Shown here: piece after piece, positions 55,238 to 64,000 of the stretch
Layout: every line of letters starts with the position of its first letter
How positions within the stretch are numbered: the stretch's first letter is position 1
From: Gemmatimonadota bacterium
Lineage (GTDB): Bacteria > Gemmatimonadota > Gemmatimonadetes > Gemmatimonadales > GWC2-71-9
DNA: 64,000 nucleotides
Assembly (NCBI GenBank): GCA_046733215.1
Contig: JBKPOS010000013.1
Span: 985 to 64,984 of the forward strand
Direction: 5' to 3'
Position numbers and translations under genes: made by a program
The notes under the pieces: generated by a model
What the model was told of the DNA's origin: nothing
The model's database searches: none
Seen by the model: the letters and a program-made list of their open reading frames with translations, nothing else

Positions 55238-56182
55238 TTACGCAGTCTGGATTCCGTGTGCGGCATCCTCCGCGGCCTGAAATTCTCCGGCCGGCGCTCG
55301 CAAAGCGGCGACCAGTCCTCTTTCAGCTACTAATGTTTCGACCATCCGATATCCCAGGTAATAACCTGACCGCTCCGGCACGACTCGGCCATTGACGAGG
55401 CGTGCAGCCGGGCTCATGCCGCCAGAGAGATAGCGAAGCCGTAGCCCAAGCGCCGCCCGGTCCAATTCGGGAGCAACCGCCCGACGCAAGAACGCCTCCA
55501 ATTCACGGAGGCGGTGATACTGGCGCCGGGGGTAGCCGAAGTAATCGGCCGCACCGAATGCCGGCGCGACGGCCCTCGCGGCGTGAACTGCCAACCCTTC
55601 ATTGACCAACAGCTCCCGCAGCGTAGCTCGGCTGCCGGTTTGCCAGTAGTCGTAGTAGCCGCCGAGGTCGGCGATTAGGCGCCGCATCTCGCTTTGACTA
55701 CCGGGCGACGTGTACCGGACCGTGTGCGCGAGCTCGTGTCCCAACCAGAGAGGAATGAGATCCGGTGGCAGCCCAATCCCGTACGTATCCGGATTGGCGC
55801 GGCCAGTGAAGTGTTCGAGACAGACGAACGCGATGCCGCGGCCGCCCACCACGAGCTCGCCGGCATTGGCACCACCCACACCGATCATCAGGTAACAATC
55901 GGTGGGCCGATCGATCTGCAGTAGCTCCGATGCTCTGGCGATCGCTTCTTCAGCCAGAGCGTTCAGGTTGACCGATCGAGCGATGGCGCGAAGATCGTCA
56001 CGCGGCGCCTTGAGCGCATTCGCGACGATGGCCTCTGCATGCGAGCTGTCGGGGTCGAGGACGTAGTTGTGCCAGTAGGCGTCGAGAATCGGTCGGTGAG
56101 CGTCGCGATACTGCTGGTAGGCTGCCTCGGGATTGGCCGCGTCGAGGACGGCGAGAAAATCCGGGAGGAGATTTATGAGCAC
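55238..56182 (-). CDS. Putative zinc-dependent protease-like protein (DUF2268-like, HExxH)
   Basis: WLGHELAHTVRY motif and overall length. The family assignment is from memory only. GTG start. Confidence 0.5.
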   Translation of the reverse strand: MLINLLPDFLAVLDAANPEAAYQQYRDAHRPILDAYWHNYVLDPDSSHAEAIVANALKAPRDDLRAIARSVNLNALAEEAIARASELLQIDRPTDCYLMIGVGGANAGELVVGGRGIAFVCLEHFTGRANPDTYGIGLPPDLIPLWLGHELAHTVRYTSPGSQSEMRRLIADLGGYYDYWQTGSRATLRELLVNEGLAVHAARAVAPAFGAADYFGYPRRQYHRLRELEAFLRRAVAPELDRAALGLRLRYLSGGMSPAARLVNGRVVPERSGYYLGYRMVETLVAERGLVAALRAPAGEFQAAEDAAHGIQTA

Positions 56183-56244
56183 GCGGCACTATACGAAGCG
56201 ATGCCATCGCGACGCAAGGCTCACGCGTGAATCTGTTGTGAGAG

Positions 56245-57084
56245 TCAGTGCTCCTGTTTCTTCTGGCGGGCGACTTCGTCAAGGAAGCGTCGCTCGGCAG
56301 CAGTGAGGCTGCTCAAGCCGAGCGCACTGATCTTGTCGAGTACGCGATCGACCTCCGCCGCAACGGGGTCGGCATCGATACGACGGCGGCGGGTTGGCGA
56401 GGCCGGCGCAGGCCGGCTCGATTCCGGTACACTGGACTGCACCATCACCACGCGCTCAACCGGGCGCGATGTGGTCGTTGTGGGCCGATGAGAAAGAGTC
56501 TGCACTCGGAAGAACAAATATCCCGCAATCAATCCGCCTATGTGCGCGATGTGGGCGATTCCATCGCTTTGGCTTCGATACACGATCGCCAGGAAAACGT
56601 CGGCCGCAGCCAAGACTGCCACCAGAATTCGCGCCCGGACCGGAATGGGGAAGGGGAACAGGATCAGCTCAGCGTCCGGCCAGAACATCGCGTATGCCAT
56701 CCCGAGACCGAGAACTGCTCCGGAAGCGCCGTAGAAGGGCGAGACCGCCATGAAGCCGGACAGTCCCAGCGCAAAGAGCGCCGCGCCGACACCGCAGAAG
56801 AGATAGTAGAAGATGAAAGAGCGACTACCCATCCGGGCTTCGACAGCTGACCCGAACACGAACAGCATGAGCATGTTGCCCAGCAGATGCAGCAGCCCTC
56901 CGTGCACGAACATGTACGTCAGGAACGTCCAGGGCCGCGCGAGGGCGTGCCCCGGATCGAACTCCAGACGACCGACGAGTGCCGGCGAGGTAAAGAGCGT
57001 CAGGGAGAGCAGCAGGATCACCGCATTTGCGATGATCAGCCTGCCCACCCAAGGCGTGATCCGGGGATAGGGAGGGGAATTCAT
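56245..57084 (-). CDS. Rhomboid-family intramembrane serine protease
   Basis: FVHGGLLHLLGNM, the GASGAV catalytic Ser motif and HIAHIGG. Soluble C-terminal tail. Confidence 0.85.
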   Translation of the reverse strand: MNSPPYPRITPWVGRLIIANAVILLLSLTLFTSPALVGRLEFDPGHALARPWTFLTYMFVHGGLLHLLGNMLMLFVFGSAVEARMGSRSFIFYYLFCGVGAALFALGLSGFMAVSPFYGASGAVLGLGMAYAMFWPDAELILFPFPIPVRARILVAVLAAADVFLAIVYRSQSDGIAHIAHIGGLIAGYLFFRVQTLSHRPTTTTSRPVERVVMVQSSVPESSRPAPASPTRRRRIDADPVAAEVDRVLDKISALGLSSLTAAERRFLDEVARQKKQEH

Positions 57085-57120
57085 CGTGCCGACGCCCTTA
57101 ACTCCTCTTTAAGCTTCACC

Positions 57121-58140
<1,020 letters not shown>

Positions 58141-59532
58141 TTACCGGGCCCCGATGAGCTGCTGCAGGACGTCGTAGCGGCTGACGATGCCCACCAGCTT
58201 TCCACCTTTGCGGACGAGCGCGGCGGGACTCTCGCGGGTCAGCATTGCCCCCAGTCGATCGGTGGGAAAGTGGGCATCGACGATGGGAAGCGGGGGATCC
58301 ATCACCTCCCGAACGGGCCGATCGAGCAAGGCGGGCTGCGAAAGGGCTCGAGTCATCAAGGTGTTCTCGAGCAGAGTGCCGATAGCCTCATCGCCATCGA
58401 CAACGGGAATCTGGCTCACGTCCCAGGTATTCATGAGGCCCAAGGCCTGCCGTACGGCGGCTGCAGGAGCGACGCTTACCAACGGCGGGGCACCCGCTGG
58501 ACGACGGCTGAGCAGCTGCTCCACGGTAGTGCGGGGTGAATCCAACAACTGATTTTCGCGCATCCATTCGTCGTTGAAAACCTTCGATAGGTAACGCTCG
58601 CCGGTATCGCAGAGAACCGTGACCACGAGTGTCGCCGGATCGTCGAGCTCTCGGGCCACGTCCAGGGCCAACGCCACGTTAACGCCCGACGAGCTGCCCA
58701 CCAGAATTCCCTCTTCCCGCGCGAGACGGCGGGTCATCAGCATGGCCGTTCGATCGCTGACGGTCCGGAACTCGTCGATGTAGTCGAACCAGATGTTTGC
58801 GGGGATGGCGTCTCCGCCGATGCCTTCCACCTTGTAAGGGGCGCCGCCGCAGGTCTCTCCCGTTCGGGCAAAGCCCGCGTAGACGGATCCTTCAGGGTCT
58901 CCGGAGATGACCCTGATCTTGGGATTTTTCTCCTTCAGGAACTTCGCAGCGCCGCTCACGGTGCCACCGGTGCCTGCGGCTACGACAAAGTGAGTGATCG
59001 TTCCTCCGGTCTGGGTCCATATTTCCGGGCCGGTGGTGCGGTAATGGACCTCGGGGTTGACCGGATTGACGTACTGGTCGGCGAGAATGGCACCGGGCGT
59101 TTCCCGCACAATCTGCTGAGCCTTGGCTCGGTAGTGATCCGGGTGCTCAGGCGGGACGGCGGTGGGCGTCACCACCACCTCGGCGCCGTATGCCTTGAGC
59201 ATCCGGACCTTCTCCTGCGACATCTTGTCCGGCATGGTGAAGACACACCGATAACCCTTGATCGCGGCCGCCATGGCGAGTCCGATCCCGGTGTTCCCGC
59301 TGGTTGCCTCGACGATGGTCCCACCGGGCTTGAGCTGTCCGTTTGCCTCCGCGGCCTCGATGATCGCGATTCCAATGCGATCCTTCACCGAGCCACCAGG
59401 ATTCTTGTGCTCTGCCTTGCCATATATCGGCGTCCGGACGCCAGTGCCGATGCGCGCAAGCCGGATGAGCGGCGTCCACCCGATGGTATCGAGCACTGAT
59501 TGGTAACGGGTCAGATGCTGGGGCTCGGACAT
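58141..59532 (-). CDS. Cystathionine beta-synthase-type enzyme (PLP cysteine-synthase fold plus tandem CBS domains)
   Basis: TPLIRL......IYGK.E..NPGGSVKDR, TSGNTG, and a C-terminal CBS pair. ATG 59532. Confidence 0.85.
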   Translation of the reverse strand: MSEPQHLTRYQSVLDTIGWTPLIRLARIGTGVRTPIYGKAEHKNPGGSVKDRIGIAIIEAAEANGQLKPGGTIVEATSGNTGIGLAMAAAIKGYRCVFTMPDKMSQEKVRMLKAYGAEVVVTPTAVPPEHPDHYRAKAQQIVRETPGAILADQYVNPVNPEVHYRTTGPEIWTQTGGTITHFVVAAGTGGTVSGAAKFLKEKNPKIRVISGDPEGSVYAGFARTGETCGGAPYKVEGIGGDAIPANIWFDYIDEFRTVSDRTAMLMTRRLAREEGILVGSSSGVNVALALDVARELDDPATLVVTVLCDTGERYLSKVFNDEWMRENQLLDSPRTTVEQLLSRRPAGAPPLVSVAPAAAVRQALGLMNTWDVSQIPVVDGDEAIGTLLENTLMTRALSQPALLDRPVREVMDPPLPIVDAHFPTDRLGAMLTRESPAALVRKGGKLVGIVSRYDVLQQLIGAR

Positions 59533-59536
59533 ACTC

Positions 59537-59950
59537 CTACTTTCTCCCCTGCGGATTCCGGAACTGAATCGGCTGCAGGAACGCCGTGGCGACCGGCGTA
59601 CCCGCGTGCATCGCGGGTGCGTAATGCAGCTGGGGCACCGCAGCCAGCGCGGCTGAGTCCAATGCCGGGTACCCACTGGATTCGGCTACTCGAGTCGATT
59701 CTGCCACTGCCGTACCGTTCGCATCGACAAAGAGGTGCAGCACCACGATTCCCTCGACGCCCTGCGTGAGCAAGGCGGGAGGAAAGCCGACCGGGGACTC
59801 CGCGTTGAGCGCCACCGGAGGACTTTCGGGAGGCGGGGCCGACCCTGGGCGTTCCGAAGGCAGCCGAACCGTGGCGTCGTCCGAGCGGGCACATTGGCCC
59901 GGCAACACCATGGCCAACGCAAGTAGGGCAGTGGAGCCGCGTCCTGTCAT
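59537..59950 (-). CDS. TonB C-terminal domain protein
   Basis: Pro-rich linker followed by GVEGIVVLHLFVDANG.V.ES.V..SSGYPALD.AAL.AV. ATGA overlap with the mutS stop. Confidence 0.7.
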   Translation of the reverse strand: MTGRGSTALLALAMVLPGQCARSDDATVRLPSERPGSAPPPESPPVALNAESPVGFPPALLTQGVEGIVVLHLFVDANGTAVAESTRVAESSGYPALDSAALAAVPQLHYAPAMHAGTPVATAFLQPIQFRNPQGRK

Positions 59951-62550
59951 CGGCCCTCAGCCCGCCGCTGCATATCCGCTAACCGATTCAATGCTTCGAG
60001 TGGGGTCATCGCATCGAGGTCCAGTTCCCGGATCTCCTGCATCAACAGATCCGACCCGGGCTGCGCCGCGAAGAGGGTGAGTTGTCCGGGATCAGCGGGT
60101 GGCGCGGGTGCACCCGGCACCACCCGATGCTCCCCTTCCAGGGTGGCGAGCACTTCTTTCGCCCGGGAGACAACCTGGGAGGGCAATCCGGCAAGGCCGG
60201 CTACATGAATCCCGTAGGACCGATCGGTTCCGCCCGGCTCGAGCCGGTGGAGGAAAACCACGGTTTCTCCGGTTTCCCGCACCGCCACATTCAGATTGCG
60301 GGCGTGCTCCAACCGTTCAGGCAGCTGCATTAGCTCATGATAGTGCGTCGCGAACATGGTCTTGCAGCCGACGCGATCGTGCAGGTGCTCGGTCACGGCC
60401 CAGGCGATTGCGACGCCGTCATACGTAGACGTTCCGCGTCCAATTTCGTCGAGCAGAACCAGGCTGCGGGCGGTGGCATTGTGCAGGATTGCACTGGCCT
60501 CACTCATCTCGACCATAAAGGTGGACTGGCCACGCGCCAGGTTGTCGCTCGCGCCCACCCGGGTAAAGAGCCGATCCACGGCGCCGATGTGGGCGGCTTC
60601 CGCAGGGACAAAGCTGCCCATCTGGGCGAGTACGACGCAGAGCCCGATCTGGCGCAGAATGGTCGACTTACCTGCCATGTTTGGGCCGGTGACCAGCAGA
60701 ACCCTCTCCGATTCGGCGAATCGAACGTCGTTCGGGATGAACTGCTCGCGCGGAATGAGACGCTCGATCACCGGGTGCCGGCTCTGGCGGAGCATGAGGC
60801 CAAAACTGTCGTCCATCACGGGACGGACGTAGCGGTGCTGCACCGCTACGTCGCCCAGTGCGCTCCACACGTCGAGCCGAGCCAGAGCTCGGGCCGTGCG
60901 CTGAATTCGATCGATCGCCCCACCGACCCGATCTCTCAACGCCGCGAACAGTTCCGCCTCGCGAATCCCGATGCGCTCTTCGGCGCCCAGGACCTTCGCT
61001 TCGTACGTCTTGAGCTCTGGTGTCACGTAGCGCTCGGCGCTCGCGAGCGTCTGCCGCCGTTCGTAATCCGCAGGAACCTTGGTCACGTGGGCGTTGGTGA
61101 TCTCAAGGTAGTAACCGAAAACCTTGTTGAAGCCCACCTTGAGCGACGGAATGCCGGTGCGATCGCGCTCCCGCTGCTGCAAACCTGCGATGTACTGCTT
61201 TCCTCCGTCGCGGAGGTCGCGCAACTCGTCCAGCTCGGCGTCATGTCCGGGACGAATAACGCCGCCGTCCGCCAGGAGAGCGGGGGGCCGGTCAACCAAG
61301 ACATCGGCAAGTGCTTGTGCCAGGTCGGCGAGCAGGTCGAACCGACTCTCGACCTCTTCCAGCGCAGCGCTCCGATCGCGACCCGACAAGGTCACCAGCG
61401 ACTCGAGTACATCAGGCAGCCGCCGGAACGAGTCGCGCAGCGCAGCAAGCTCCCTGGGGGTGGCCCGGCCCGCGGCGGCTCGCCCGGCGAGCCGCTCGAG
61501 ATCGCGGACGCCCTCCAGCGCCTCGCGGAGGCGGCCACGTCCCCGGTTGTCCTGCACCATGGTCTCGACCGCATCGAGGCGTGCAGCGATTGCCTTCGGA
61601 TCGGACAGAGGAGAGAGCAACCAGCCGCGCAGGAGGCGTGCCCCCATCGGGGTGAGCGTGAGGTCGACGGTTTCGAGCAGCGTTGCGCCTCGCATGCCGG
61701 CTCTCAACGGTTCGACCAGCTCCAGATTGCGGCGGGTCATCTCGTCGATCCAGAGATGCGCCTGGCTTCGGCGCACCGTCGGACGAGCCAAATGAGGCAA
61801 GCCGCCCGGCTGAAGCTCCGCGAGATAGCGCAGCAGCGCCCCGGCGGCTCCCACCGCGCGCGCATCTCCCACCTCGACTCCAAATCCGTCCAAAGAGGTG
61901 ACACCGAGCCGCCGGGTCAGCTCTGTCCGGGCGAGATCGGGGTCGAACTCCCAGGCTTCCCGTTGAGTGACCAGGCATTGCTCACTGGTCGAGCCTGCGC
62001 GGAAATCGGCGGCGCCAGCCGGCACGACCTGCTCGGCCGGATTGAAGCGGGACAACGCCTCTTCCAGGGCGCCGGTGCCTACCGTCTCGAGCACGAACTC
62101 ACCGGTGCTGAGATCGATCGCGGCCAGGCCAGCCGACTCGGCCGCGCTCTGCACTGCGACGGCGACGATCCAATTGTTACGGCTTCCGGGAAGCCAACCT
62201 TCGACCAGCAGGGCGCCGGGCGTGACAGTTTCCACTACCTCACGTCGAACGATTCCCTTCGCGAGCCGGGGATCCTCCACCTGCTCGCAGATCGCAACAC
62301 GCTGGCCCGCGGCGACCAGTTGCCTCAGGTAGTCCGCCGCGGCTTTGACCGGAACGCCAGCGAGAGGGACGCCATCACCCCGGGATGTCAGCGTGATGTT
62401 GAGCAGGCGGGCACCGAGCTGGGCGTCGTCGAAGAACATTTCGTAGAAGTCGCCCATCCGGAAGAACAGGATGGCGTCCGGATGACGCGCCTTGATCTCC
62501 CGGTATTGCTGCAGCAGGGGAGTCGTTCCTTCCGCTACGCGACCGGTCAC
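59947..62550 (-). CDS. mutS: DNA mismatch repair protein MutS
   Basis: TPLLQQYREIK..HPDAILFFRMGDFYE.F and Walker A TGPNMAGKST. GTG start forming a GTGA overlap. Confidence 0.97.
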   Translation of the reverse strand: MTGRVAEGTTPLLQQYREIKARHPDAILFFRMGDFYEMFFDDAQLGARLLNITLTSRGDGVPLAGVPVKAAADYLRQLVAAGQRVAICEQVEDPRLAKGIVRREVVETVTPGALLVEGWLPGSRNNWIVAVAVQSAAESAGLAAIDLSTGEFVLETVGTGALEEALSRFNPAEQVVPAGAADFRAGSTSEQCLVTQREAWEFDPDLARTELTRRLGVTSLDGFGVEVGDARAVGAAGALLRYLAELQPGGLPHLARPTVRRSQAHLWIDEMTRRNLELVEPLRAGMRGATLLETVDLTLTPMGARLLRGWLLSPLSDPKAIAARLDAVETMVQDNRGRGRLREALEGVRDLERLAGRAAAGRATPRELAALRDSFRRLPDVLESLVTLSGRDRSAALEEVESRFDLLADLAQALADVLVDRPPALLADGGVIRPGHDAELDELRDLRDGGKQYIAGLQQRERDRTGIPSLKVGFNKVFGYYLEITNAHVTKVPADYERRQTLASAERYVTPELKTYEAKVLGAEERIGIREAELFAALRDRVGGAIDRIQRTARALARLDVWSALGDVAVQHRYVRPVMDDSFGLMLRQSRHPVIERLIPREQFIPNDVRFAESERVLLVTGPNMAGKSTILRQIGLCVVLAQMGSFVPAEAAHIGAVDRLFTRVGASDNLARGQSTFMVEMSEASAILHNATARSLVLLDEIGRGTSTYDGVAIAWAVTEHLHDRVGCKTMFATHYHELMQLPERLEHARNLNVAVRETGETVVFLHRLEPGGTDRSYGIHVAGLAGLPSQVVSRAKEVLATLEGEHRVVPGAPAPPADPGQLTLFAAQPGSDLLMQEIRELDLDAMTPLEALNRLADMQRRAEGR

Positions 62551-63500
62551 GATGCCGCCACAATGAACGGCTGGCCACCCAACCTGGAGCGAACGCGCGG
62601 CAGCGCAGCCTGAGCCTCCGCCCGAGTTGCGTATCGGCCCACTCGGACTTTGAACAACCCTTTCTCCGACGCAACAACAGACTCGAACCCGGCCGCCTTG
62701 GTCCTGCGGGCGATGCTGTCGGCCGCGGCGCGGGTATTGACAGCGGCAACCTGGATGCGGTAGGTCGGGTTCGCAGAGGTTGTGTCAGTGCGGGCCGTGT
62801 CGGCCGCAGCGCGCCGTGTTGTGTCGGCGGTAGGACGGGGTGTGGTGTCGGCCGCTCCGGGCGGAGCACTCGCAACACTTCCGGAGTCGGGAGGACTCGT
62901 AGCGACGGCCTTGCCGCTCGTATCCGCCAATGCGGTGTCGAGGGCCACGCCGACACACCGGTCCTTGTAGTAGTCCAACTGGTTTCGCAGCTCGACATCT
63001 TTGCCGACGCGGGGCAGGCCTTCCGCGACCCACCGGCAGGCAGAGGAAGGCTTACGAAGCTCGAAGTAGACGCGGGCTGCCCAGAATGAGGCCTGAGGGT
63101 AGAGCGCGGAGCTTGCGTAGTCGAGGCGGAGGCGCTCCAGGTCACGCGAAGCGGCGTCCAGGTCGCGCGTGGCGTAGTCGAGTTGAGCCAGACGCAGGAG
63201 CGCATCGTCCGCCCAGTTCGAGTTGGGATATTCAACCACGATTCGCTGGAGGTCGCGCCGAATGTCCTGCGGATTGGCGCCTATTACCGCCCGGGTGTAG
63301 AGCGCCTGCGGATAGAGTGTGTCCGCCGGATTGGTAACGTCCACCACACGCTGAACCACAGTCCGGGCGGAGTCGCCCAAGCCCTCCTGCGCGAGGCGCA
63401 CGCCCTGCGCCAGGCGAGCATCGGTCTGCCCACAAAGCAGCTCGGGGCACAGCGAACCCAGGAAGAGGATGACGGCCGCGGCGCCGAGACAACCGCTCAT
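62547..63500 (-). CDS. TPR (YbgF/BamD-like) plus C-terminal SPOR domain protein
   Basis: N-terminal signal, TPR-like helices, low-complexity linker, and SPOR (YRIQVAAV....A......K..G......E.GLFKVRVGRY..R.EA). Confidence 0.75.
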   Translation of the reverse strand: MSGCLGAAAVILFLGSLCPELLCGQTDARLAQGVRLAQEGLGDSARTVVQRVVDVTNPADTLYPQALYTRAVIGANPQDIRRDLQRIVVEYPNSNWADDALLRLAQLDYATRDLDAASRDLERLRLDYASSALYPQASFWAARVYFELRKPSSACRWVAEGLPRVGKDVELRNQLDYYKDRCVGVALDTALADTSGKAVATSPPDSGSVASAPPGAADTTPRPTADTTRRAAADTARTDTTSANPTYRIQVAAVNTRAAADSIARRTKAAGFESVVASEKGLFKVRVGRYATRAEAQAALPRVRSRLGGQPFIVAAS

Positions 63501-64000
63501 GCTACCTCCGACATTGGCATCGCCAGCCCGTAGACCAGATCCAGCAAGACGCCGCGTTCGTCAGAGACCGTTGTGTTCTTGAGTGCTGTGTCGGCAATGA
63601 CGCTCTGGCGCAGTCCGGCGCGGACCCGCTCGAGCGGCCAGCTCGCCGACCAGCGAGCCCAGAGTCGAGACTCTTCCTTGTAGCTGACGCCGGCCAGGGC
63701 AGATGGTCTCGTCCGAAGCATCAACTGGAAAGCGAAATCTTCGAGCCGAGATCCGCGCACACTCCGGTCGTACGCGGCACGGGTGGCGCCGAGACCGATC
63801 AGCGTGGCTCCAATCAAGGTGAGCAGCTTGACGCCCGTCACCCCAGCCTGATCCAGGACGATATCGAGCATGCCGGCTGCGCGGGCGGCATGACTGTCGA
63901 ACACGGCGTTACGCCAGTCGAACATGGTCTCACCGTGTCGGATACCCACCAGTGCCGCCACACGTTCCTCCGAAACGGGCGTCCCATCTCCTGCGGCCGC
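63497..64000 (-). CDS. holA: Probable DNA polymerase III delta subunit (HolA), C-terminal part; 5' end lies outside the window
   Basis: The frame stays open to the window edge. The pattern ...VSEERVAALVG....MFDW.NAV......AA..L..VL.Q.G...V.LL.L...L resembles HolA domain III. Assignment is from memory only. Confidence 0.5.
   Translation of the reverse strand, partial: AAAGDGTPVSEERVAALVGIRHGETMFDWRNAVFDSHAARAAGMLDIVLDQAGVTGVKLLTLIGATLIGLGATRAAYDRSVRGSRLEDFAFQLMLRTRPSALAGVSYKEESRLWARWSASWPLERVRAGLRQSVIADTALKNTTVSDERGVLLDLVYGLAMPMSEVA

Noticed and set aside
56198-56210. GCGATG-C-CATCGC palindrome between the rhomboid and DUF2268-like genes
   Set aside because: It is short (6-bp arms, 1-nt centre), which is within chance expectation for GC-rich DNA. 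There is no supporting context.
60337-62613. 758-aa ORF on the + strand, plus several ORFs of 100-220 aa in the same region
   Set aside because: It is entirely antisense to mutS, whose translation has unmistakable MutS motifs. The + strand product is Arg/Gly/Pro-rich and low in complexity, as expected of stop-poor antisense frames in high-GC DNA.

Overview
High-GC bacterial chromosomal segment (roughly two-thirds G+C by eye) that lies close to the replication origin. The core is dnaN<-dnaA divergent from rpmH->rnpA->yidD->yidC->mnmE at 48.2-55.0 kb. mnmG, two parS-type sites and parA-parB lie about 35 kb to the left. The gene content (GWxTD lipoprotein, TPR Hanks kinases, bacilliredoxin, MMPL transporter, bactofilin) suggests Gemmatimonadota or a neighbouring lineage, but this is inference only.

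I call 63 CDS (two cut by the window edges), one RNase P RNA (rnpB), two parS sites, three heptamer-repeat elements and a few candidate operators. All protein identities come from motifs I recognise in the supplied translations; no database search was possible. I found no rRNA, tRNA, CRISPR array, transposase, integrase, phage gene or recognisable defence gene. The window is mostly housekeeping: a sufR-sufBCDSU operon, polA, mutS, ddl, pyrE, a BMP-type ABC importer and similar. ATGA/GTGA 4-nt overlaps between consecutive genes are pervasive.

The most unusual signals are:
1. A palindromic element made of tandem GTGAACR heptamers, present twice. One copy sits between convergent MMPL and polA and supplies both stop codons. 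The other sits in the rnpA/yidD junction. A different stop-containing heptamer array follows the ferredoxin gene.
2. A parA-parB-M23 peptidase-bactofilin chain coupled by 4-nt overlaps, with a near-consensus parS upstream.
3. A suf operon extended by a bacilliredoxin gene and an unknown 94-aa gene.
4. rnpA, which can only start inside rpmH or at a CTG.
5. A pseudo-receiver AraC regulator flanked by two Hanks kinases.

I see no clear novel multi-gene system such as a defence island, and I did not force one.
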